Shown here: piece after piece, positions 8,355-14,540 of the stretch
Numbering within the stretch: the first letter of the stretch is position 1
Layout: the number at the start of each line of letters is the position of its first letter
The notes under the pieces: model-generated
What the model was told of the DNA's origin: nothing
Databases searched by the model: none
The model's input: only the letters and a program-made list of their open reading frames with translations
Position numbers and translations under genes: made by a program
DNA from: Idiomarina sp. PL1-037
GTDB taxonomy: Bacteria > Pseudomonadota > Gammaproteobacteria > Enterobacterales > Alteromonadaceae
Direction of reading: 5' to 3'
DNA: 24,000 nucleotides
Assembly: GCF_034422975.1 (NCBI RefSeq)
Contig: NZ_CP139873.1
Coordinates: forward strand, 619,810-643,809

Positions 8355-8948
8355 CTACTTAATAACTTGCTGCTTGCTAAGCTGCGAATATAAAAGTGCC
8401 AATGACACGCCGCTGAGTGCCCCGCCCAAATGGCCCATCACCGCCACCCGGTCAACACTACTGAAACTTACGATCGGCTCTCCGATAAATGCCTCGATCA
8501 TCACCTTGCCAATCACCAGCAAGAGTAGCGTCCAGCCAAAAGGTTTACGCTTTAAAATATCTAACGTCGAACCCCAGGCAAAAAAACCATACAACGCGCC
8601 CGAAAAGCCGCGGTTCTCGACTACCGTTATAGCGTAAAACGGCGGTTGCGCAAACCAATGTTCAAATAATACCGAACCCAACGCTGTCGCCGCTAGCATC
8701 AGCCAAACCGGTGGCGGACTTAAATGCTCATCAAACAATAACCACATCACCAATAGGCCCACCAAACTGGCCAAGTAATGACTCAGCTCAAAATGAACCC
8801 ACCCGGCTGTTATAGCATCCCACCACTGGCCGTTGTCCCTCTGATAAGCCAAAAACCGGAGTGTCTCGTCCGGCAGTAGCATCAATACACTCAATAAAAG
8901 GGCAATGGGAAATAGTGTTAAAGGACCTTGTTTTATCTTTTCTCTCAC
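8355..8948 (-). CDS. rrtA: Rhombosortase (rhomboid-family intramembrane serine protease)
   Basis: This is a 197-aa polytopic membrane protein. It has LAYQRDNGQWWDAITAGWVHFELSH (a rhombosortase-like N-terminal block), GFSGALYG (the GxSG catalytic Ser) and MGHLGGALSG (the catalytic His helix). It is adjacent and convergent to a protein carrying a matching sorting tail. The start is GTG at 8948 with no obvious SD. Confidence 0.75.
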   Translation of the reverse strand: MREKIKQGPLTLFPIALLLSVLMLLPDETLRFLAYQRDNGQWWDAITAGWVHFELSHYLASLVGLLVMWLLFDEHLSPPPVWLMLAATALGSVLFEHWFAQPPFYAITVVENRGFSGALYGFFAWGSTLDILKRKPFGWTLLLLVIGKVMIEAFIGEPIVSFSSVDRVAVMGHLGGALSGVSLALLYSQLSKQQVIK

Positions 8949-8974
8949 TTAATTTTAGGCACCCGACATTAATT

Positions 8975-9150
8975 AAACTTCGGTGACTGCTCCCCGCCCT
9001 GCCGGGCGAGGCCTCCAACTTCTTAGGCAGCAACCGGCGTGTGTCCGAATTTACGCAAGCCTCCATTGGCAGGAACCGACAGTCCTTCGGCTCTTAGTTT
9101 GATAATACCCTGCTGCCGAATATTGATCGCGGCGTTGATGTCGTGGTCAA
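8975..9150 (-). ncRNA. Putative omega-RNA (reRNA) scaffold of the TnpB element
   Basis: This is inferred from position only. In characterised TnpB systems the guide RNA scaffold overlaps the tnpB 3' end and the right-end hairpin. The guide would then read into the flank at 8950-8975, just upstream of rrtA. I did not model any structure or covariation. Confidence 0.3.
8981..9010 (-). repeat. IS200/IS605-type right-end hairpin, copy B (13 nt downstream of the tnpB stop)
   Basis: The minus strand reads CTCGCCCggcaGGGCGGGGAGCAGTCACCG, with a 7-bp stem including one G-U pair. It is the inverted partner of 8287-8316. Confidence 0.7.
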
Positions 9151-10204
9151 GCTCTGCTGTACAAGCCGGGCATGTCCACTTGCGCACCGACAACCGCAAA
9201 GAATCGGCCTTGTGGCCGCAGCATGAGCAGATCCTGGAGCTGGCAAACCATTGGTCGATCTTGACCAGATGTTTGCCATGCGCTTTAGCCTTGTACTCCG
9301 GCTTCTGAATCAGGCCGAACCAGCTTGCGTCAGCGATGTGCTTGGATAGCTTCCGGTTCTTCAGCAGGTTCTTCAGTTTCAATGTCTCGACCACCACCGC
9401 TTGGTTGTCGTCAATGAGTTGTCGGGACAGGTTGTGCTGGAAGTCAGTACGGTTATTCGCTAGGCGCTCATGCGCCTTAGCCAGTTTCAAGCGTGCTTTC
9501 GTACGACCTTTGCTGCCTTTCTGGCAACGGGATAAGACTTTCTGCTTGCGTCGTAAGTTAGACTGGGCGTGTTTCAGGAAACGGGGATTCGTCGTCTTGC
9601 TATCTTCGGAGTCGATAGCAAGATGGGTTAGCCCCATATTAATGCCCAGAACGGTATCAACGCTATGCAATGGGGCAGGTGTTTGCAAGCCGTCTTCGAC
9701 CAACAGCGAGGCGTAGTATTTCCCTGTTACCGTGCGCGATAGCGTTACGCTCTTGAGCTTTCCGCCCAATTCACGGTGAACTCGCGCCTTAATTGGTTTC
9801 ATCTTCGGCAATTTTTTCCAGTTTTCGCCAGCACTCACACTCATGCAGTGGTAGCTGGATTGTTTACCATGTTTGCGCTTAAACTTCGGATAACGAGCGG
9901 GAAGCTTCGGGTCAAAGAAGCTCTGGAAGGCTTTATCAAGGTTGATGCACGCTTGCTGGAGTGCAATCAAGTAAAAATTCTTTAGCCAATGGTACTTGCG
10001 GGATTTTTTCGCCACCGCCAACAGCGGCTTAAGGTCTTTTTTGGCCTTGAGCTTCAGGCCGTGGCGTTTGTACTGTGAGCTGATGATATGCAGCACCTTG
10101 TTATGCACGAACCGCATAGCACCGAACTGGCGGTTGAGAAACTCTGCCTGTTCAGGTGTCGGGTAGATGCGTACTTTTGTGACCGCTAACATTTCAGCGC
10201 TCAT
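9023..10204 (-). CDS. tnpB: IS200/IS605-family TnpB (OrfB) RNA-guided nuclease homologue with a RuvC-I Asp->Asn substitution
   Basis: The N-terminal block is VRIYPTPEQAEFLNRQFGAMRFVHNKVL. RuvC-II is AVVVETLKL. The zinc finger is CSCCGH...CPAC. RuvC-III is DHDINAAINI. RuvC-I reads LGINMGL instead of the near-universal GIDxG (AAT codon at 9638-9640). An alternative start is the Met at 10192. No Y1 tnpA gene is adjacent. Confidence 0.85.
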   Translation of the reverse strand: MSAEMLAVTKVRIYPTPEQAEFLNRQFGAMRFVHNKVLHIISSQYKRHGLKLKAKKDLKPLLAVAKKSRKYHWLKNFYLIALQQACINLDKAFQSFFDPKLPARYPKFKRKHGKQSSYHCMSVSAGENWKKLPKMKPIKARVHRELGGKLKSVTLSRTVTGKYYASLLVEDGLQTPAPLHSVDTVLGINMGLTHLAIDSEDSKTTNPRFLKHAQSNLRRKQKVLSRCQKGSKGRTKARLKLAKAHERLANNRTDFQHNLSRQLIDDNQAVVVETLKLKNLLKNRKLSKHIADASWFGLIQKPEYKAKAHGKHLVKIDQWFASSRICSCCGHKADSLRLSVRKWTCPACTAELDHDINAAINIRQQGIIKLRAEGLSVPANGGLRKFGHTPVAA

Positions 10205-10459
10205 TGAGATATTTCAATCATTATAAGCCAGTAAGATCACACTTCAAGTGAGCATCCATAATAAAGCGTTGCTGTCAGATCACCTCCGAAACCGCCACAG
10301 GCGGTAAATAATTCGATCAGCTATGCGGCGTTTGTAATTGTAATGACGCTGTCACTAATCTATTTCATATTTCGTTGACTTTCACCCGATTATTAGCTTT
10401 AAGGAGCAACCAGAATGGGCTGACGAAGCATTAACTGAGCATACCGAAAATGCAAAAGA

Positions 10460-10494
10460 GATCGGTGACAAATGAGAATTATTTGTCACCGATC
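10460..10494. repeat. Perfect 14-bp-arm palindrome (GATCGGTGACAAAT-gagaatt-ATTTGTCACCGATC)
   Basis: I read it directly from the sequence. It sits exactly at the truncation point of the IS3 transposase fragment. A related palindrome lies at 12146-12184. Confidence 0.85.
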
Positions 10495-10504
10495 TGTTAA
10501 ATTG

Positions 10505-10687
10505 GGTAAACTCACGCAGACCGCCTATATCGAACGGTTTAATCAGACGGCTCGGCATGAATGGCTGGATATGCATCTTTTTGACAGCATTGCTCATGCA
10601 CAATTATTAACCACCCAGTGGCTGGGGCAATACAATAGCGAGGCTTCGACTCGGCCATTGGCGGAAAACCGCCAGCACAGCTGCTAA
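10505..10687 (+). pseudogene. IS3-family transposase (OrfB) C-terminal fragment
   Basis: GKLTQTAYIERFNQTARHEWLDMHLFDSIAHAQLLTTQWLGQYNSE matches the conserved C-terminal ..NAYIERFN...EWL.....F.....A......W...YN.ERPH block of IS3 integrases. The whole catalytic core is absent and the tail is degenerate. Confidence 0.7.
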
Positions 10688-10767
10688 AGGCAGCTCAACC
10701 CTCTACTTATTGGGCAGGTTATAACTGGGGGATTAACAACCCACCATAGTATTTAAAGAGGAATAAT

Positions 10768-12126
10768 ATGAAAATTATTATAATGCTTTCTATGTTTTTT
10801 GTTGTTACGGGCAATACTTGGGCGTCATCTTATACAGATATGGTAGAAAGCAAAAGGTTTGAAAGAAACAAAAGTGTCGTTTTAGATACTTTTTCTGGAA
10901 TTACAATATATAAAAGGTATAAAGATTTTTATTACAACAATGGTTGGAATCACGCTTCTTATGACACGGCACAACATTATTGTGAAAGTTTAGATTCACA
11001 TGGCCACAGTGATTGGAGGCTGCCATCAATCGACGAAGCAAGATATTTATCTGATATCTTTGATTGGACAGCCAATTTGTGGATCCTTCCAGTGGACAAT
11101 AAGTTGAAAGCTTTTGATTATGAAGCAAGAACAACAGTAGGCGGGAGCGGATTTTATTTCACTTGTATTAGAGGGGGGAAATATGGGAGTTATGATGAAA
11201 TCAAAAACAAAATAAAAAAAACGCTGACATCAAAAGTCCAGAGTTTATCAAAAAAGCATCAAGCCGCGTTTAAAAATGCTAAGCGTAAAGATTCTATAGA
11301 ATCCTATAAGACGTTTTTGCTTGAATACGCTGATTCACCAATAGTTGGCGAGGCAAGAGAGCTTCTTTTGGAACTTGAATATGAAAAGGCAAAGGAGTCT
11401 AACTCAATAAATGGTTATTCACTTTTTATTAATAATTACCCAGGGTCTAAGCAATCACCAGACGCGATTAAGAAGATATATCAACTAACTCAAGATGAAA
11501 ACAACATCGCGGGTTACCAGTGGTTTTTAAAGACACACCCTGATGCTAAGCAATCGCGTGAGGCCTTACAGAACTTGCATAAACGTGCATTTGAGTTGGC
11601 GGATGATATAGGCACGATTGCTTCCTATAACGACTTTGTTATTGCTTACCCCTTTGCGGAGCAGGTAGAGCAAGCTAATAAAGAGGCTTATGCTTTAGAA
11701 GAGGATGAATATTCCAGCTTTTTCACCAGTGATGCTAAGCTTTCCAGAGCTTTATTAGTTCGCTCCAAACAAATAGAACGCAAGGCGCGTGACGGTAGCC
11801 GTGCGCAACGACCAGGTTATATGTTGGTGGTAAATCGCATGAATGAGCTATTGCAAGAACAGTTTCCTGCTGAAGAGGCGACCTTGCGTTATTTGGAATC
11901 GGAAGAATTTAAAAGTTTTTATCGCGACTTTAAACGAGCCTTAAATCGCATTGAACGAAAACTGGCCGATATTCGCTCTAACACTTCAAACCTCACCAGC
12001 CTAATAAATGAGCAAACCCGTTTAATGGATAATCATTTTGAAAAAGCCGTCGAATCGCGTGAAATGTCGGCAGAACTAACAAAGCAACATCGTTTTTGGG
12101 AACGTTATTTGGCCAAGAATGAATAA
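10768..12126 (+). CDS. Secreted hypothetical protein: N-terminal DUF1566 (Lcl C-terminal)-like domain + four TPR/BamD-like helical repeats + helical tail
   Basis: AGAGGA lies 7 nt before the ATG. The signal peptide is MKIIIMLSMFFVVTGNTWASS. HSDWRLPSIDEARYL resembles the DUF1566 core. There are four repeats of [SG]Y-xx-F-x-xx-[YH]P-x-[SA]-xQ (YKTFLLEYADSP, YSLFINNYPGSKQ, YQWFLKTHPDAKQ, YNDFVIAYPFAEQ). The gene is visibly more AT-rich than its neighbours. Confidence 0.7.
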   Translation: MKIIIMLSMFFVVTGNTWASSYTDMVESKRFERNKSVVLDTFSGITIYKRYKDFYYNNGWNHASYDTAQHYCESLDSHGHSDWRLPSIDEARYLSDIFDWTANLWILPVDNKLKAFDYEARTTVGGSGFYFTCIRGGKYGSYDEIKNKIKKTLTSKVQSLSKKHQAAFKNAKRKDSIESYKTFLLEYADSPIVGEARELLLELEYEKAKESNSINGYSLFINNYPGSKQSPDAIKKIYQLTQDENNIAGYQWFLKTHPDAKQSREALQNLHKRAFELADDIGTIASYNDFVIAYPFAEQVEQANKEAYALEEDEYSSFFTSDAKLSRALLVRSKQIERKARDGSRAQRPGYMLVVNRMNELLQEQFPAEEATLRYLESEEFKSFYRDFKRALNRIERKLADIRSNTSNLTSLINEQTRLMDNHFEKAVESREMSAELTKQHRFWERYLAKNE

Positions 12127-12145
12127 TTCGTCCACTCACATAAAA

Positions 12146-12184
12146 GGGGGCGGTGGCAAATAAGTCTCATTTGTCACTGCCCCC
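12146..12184. repeat. 16-bp-stem hairpin (GGGGGCGGTGGCAAAT-aagtctc-ATTTGTCACTGCCCCC), possible terminator/REP-like element
   Basis: It lies 20 nt after the stop of the 452-aa gene and has no U tract. The reverse complement of its core is 26/29 identical to the core of the 10460-10494 palindrome, including the loop. Confidence 0.7.
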
Positions 12185-12512
12185 CCCTTAAATTCCTCAA
12201 TTTAACGTCGCATAAACCACACAACCGGCCGTGATAATTGTCGCTCAGATGATTTTGGTGCCCCAAGGTCACGCGTTTCGGCTTAATCCGATCACCGATT
12301 TCGGTCTATCCGAACAATCCGTGGTAGGTCAGTTTTATTGACCGTTTTTGTCGGCGTTGTGACCTTTCCCCTGAACTAACACCATCTTATCGATGAAATT
12401 TCAGTTCGGAGCCACCAAATCACACAATTGAAAAACAATCTGCACATTATAACTTTCAATTGGACGGGCGTTTGCTTTCAAATGGACGCAGGTTTGGCGA
12501 AGGGGTCAGTAG

Positions 12513-12793
12513 ATGGCCGATAACTTATTCCCGCGAAATACAAAACAAAATCTAATCGAAGCCATTGACGATACGCCGGTCGTATTAATACATGGTTTGC
12601 GGCAATGCGGAAAAACAACCCTTGTTAAGTTTGTCGGTGAATTACTCGGCTATACCTACATTACCTTTGATGACGAAAACCAGTTGGCTGCAACAAAAGC
12701 CGACCCTGTGGTGGCGTTGTATTTTATGATGGCGACCAGGTACTACCTTTTGGTGAAAAACTCTATGCCGTTCCAATATCTCACCTGATGTAA
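12513..12793 (+). pseudogene. DUF4143/COG1373-type AAA ATPase remnant (internal deletion + frame change)
   Basis: The N-terminus, with Walker A (VVLIHGLRQCGKTTL), is followed after about 70 aa by the family's C-terminal end in another frame (VVFYDGDQVLPFGEKLYAVPISHLM*, stop 12791-12793). Roughly 300 aa of a normal ~400-aa protein is missing. Confidence 0.6.
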
Positions 12794-12941
12794 CCCTTCT
12801 AAGAATCAGGCTGGCCACCGTAATTGTCGCTCAATACATTACCAGAGTTGTAATAACTAAAATATACAATATAAAAGTTGTTTTTATTTTATGAAGCGTA
12901 TAAGTTGAATCTAGGAATAAAAACAATTTTTGGATTGTGTT

Positions 12942-13226
12942 ATGAAGACATTAAATGAAATGAGCGAACTATTAGCCAGAGAGCGTAAGAAAAGAAAGTT
13001 GTCACAAAAAGACATGCGCATGCTTATTGGGATGTCACAGCAACAGTATCAACGAGTGGAGTCTGGGCAGGATTTAAAAGTCTCAACGCTATTGCGCATT
13101 CTTGCTGGCTTAAATCTGGAACTGTCGGTTGTAGATCCCTCAGAGATTGATGGCAAAAGTACAACTTCAGCGAACTCAGAGACAGAGAGTATTTGGGCTA
13201 GCAGACACAAGCAACTTGAGGACTAG
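12942..13226 (+). CDS. hipB: XRE-family HTH antitoxin/regulator (HipB-like)
   Basis: I prefer ATG 12942 over the TTG at 12930. The HTH is LSQKDMRMLIGMSQQQYQRVESGQDLKVSTLLRILAGLNLEL. It lies 5 nt upstream of the HipA-N-domain gene. Confidence 0.8.
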   Translation: MKTLNEMSELLARERKKRKLSQKDMRMLIGMSQQQYQRVESGQDLKVSTLLRILAGLNLELSVVDPSEIDGKSTTSANSETESIWASRHKQLED

Positions 13227-13231
13227 GAAAG

Positions 13232-13513
13232 ATGAAGACGAAACGCTCAGAGCTCGTCGAAGGCCTCAGTCTCAGTATTGATAACCAGGAAATTGGTGTC
13301 ATATCTCATTATTCGGGCGGTAAGAACATTTTAGCCTTTTCGCCTAATTATGTGGCGTTGCCTGCAGAGAAACGCAACACATTTACGATGTCGCAATTGG
13401 TTAATGAACGGGCTCTTCGTAAACCACTTATCAGTTCGCAACGTTTACCGCCGGTATTATCCAATCTTCTACCCGAAGGGGGCATTAAGACACTGGATGG
13501 CACAAGCGCTTAA
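13232..13513 (+). CDS. HipA N-terminal subdomain protein (HipS-like), 93 aa, or the 5' half of a frameshifted hipA
   Basis: AGGAAAG precedes the ATG. The protein contains the HipA N-domain pattern ending LPPVLSNLLPEG. The frame changes at a G5 run (13478-13482), after which only 9 more codons are read before the stop. Confidence 0.6.
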   Translation: MKTKRSELVEGLSLSIDNQEIGVISHYSGGKNILAFSPNYVALPAEKRNTFTMSQLVNERALRKPLISSQRLPPVLSNLLPEGGIKTLDGTSA

Positions 13514-14495
13514 AGTCCATCAAGACAATGAGTTCCCTTTAATGGCGCACATGGGCCGGGGTTTGCCCGGAGGTCTTATTGCATCACCGATAGTTGCAGG
13601 TCAGCTACCAGTTTGGGCGCTTGATCATCGTGAACAGGTCGAAGCTATACAAATTGACGTCGCCACCCAACAAAACAAGTTTTCCCTTGCCGGCGTACAA
13701 ATGAAATTCTCTTCAGTTCGTCACAAAGACGGCAGATTTAATATCGGCACTGATGCCAATGATGACAGCTGGATCATTAAAACACCATCCACTGTGCATC
13801 AGTTTGTGCCTTTTAATGAGTTCTCCGCTATGCGTCTGGCGGAGGCTGTAGGCGTTGATATTCCAGAGATAAAATTGGTTAAATTATCTAAACTGGATAA
13901 TCTACCAAATATTCAATTGCCGAACGAAGAATACGCATACGCAATCAAGCGATTTGATAGAGACAATGGGAAACGAGTGCACACTGAAGATTTTGCTCAA
14001 ATATTCCAGGTATACTCTCATGAGAAATATGAAAAATACAACTATGAACAGATTGCGGATGCGCTCTACTCCTACAGCCACCAAGGCTTAAAAGACGTCC
14101 AGCAACTGGCTAGGCGTATACTTGTGAATATATTACTTGCCAACGGTGATGCACATCTTAAGAACTGGTCGGTGATATATTCCAACCCTCAACGGCCCAT
14201 GTTATCTCCCGCGTATGACATAGTTTCAACAATACCTTACGTCAAAGGCGTGAGTGAATTCGCGTTAAATATGGCCAAAAACAAAAATTGGTATGACGTG
14301 AGCATGGCATCGTTCGAAATTTGGTCTAATCGTGTTGGTTTTCCGTGGCAGGCTGTCAAAGTACACATAACGGATACATTAGATAAAGCTCGGTCTGTTT
14401 GGCCTAAATTATTAACCGAATTGCCGATGCATCGAGAGCACAAGCAAGTGCTAAGACATCATTGGTCGAAACTGCATGAAGATTTTAGGCTGTGA
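13497..14495 (+). CDS. HipA-family Ser/Thr kinase core (HipT-like), 332 aa from ATG 13497
   Basis: The Gly-rich loop is KFSLAGVQMKFS. The catalytic motif is NGDAHLKNWSV. SPAYDIVST is also present. The ORF-track N-terminal extension from 13350 is out-of-frame reading through the HipS-like gene. Homology to HipA (ALRHW..) resumes right at the G5 run. Confidence 0.7.
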   Translation: MAQALKVHQDNEFPLMAHMGRGLPGGLIASPIVAGQLPVWALDHREQVEAIQIDVATQQNKFSLAGVQMKFSSVRHKDGRFNIGTDANDDSWIIKTPSTVHQFVPFNEFSAMRLAEAVGVDIPEIKLVKLSKLDNLPNIQLPNEEYAYAIKRFDRDNGKRVHTEDFAQIFQVYSHEKYEKYNYEQIADALYSYSHQGLKDVQQLARRILVNILLANGDAHLKNWSVIYSNPQRPMLSPAYDIVSTIPYVKGVSEFALNMAKNKNWYDVSMASFEIWSNRVGFPWQAVKVHITDTLDKARSVWPKLLTELPMHREHKQVLRHHWSKLHEDFRL

Positions 14496-14540
14496 ATCGG
14501 CATTTCTCTTTCTTGCGTAGCTGGTTAGTTCACCTGGCGC

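Larger units (their letters stand above)
8975..10330 (-). mobile_element. tnpB-only IS200/IS605-family (IS1341-like) element; ends approximate
   Basis: It comprises tnpB, a subterminal hairpin just after the stop (8981-9010) and a hairpin ACCGCC-aca-GGCGGT at 10291-10305 upstream of the start. I could not define the exact cleavage sites. Confidence 0.5.

Noticed and set aside
8374-9985. ORFs antisense to or overlapping rrtA and tnpB (8374-8637, 8788-9066, 9039-9308, 9094-9279, 9336-9716, 9776-9985).
   Set aside because: They lie opposite to or out of frame with genes that have clear family motifs. The Arg/Cys/Ser-rich translations are typical of antisense reading.
10382-11134. ORFs 10382-10603 (minus) and 10901-11134 (minus).
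   Set aside because: They are antisense to the IS3 fragment and to the secreted-protein gene respectively, in AT-rich sequence, with no RBS.
13350-13496. N-terminal 49 residues of the 381-aa ORF (MWRCLQRNATHLRC...).
   Set aside because: This stretch is the HipS-like gene read out of frame. HipA homology in this frame only begins at the G5 run, so the kinase ORF either starts at ATG 13497 or is fused by frameshift correction.
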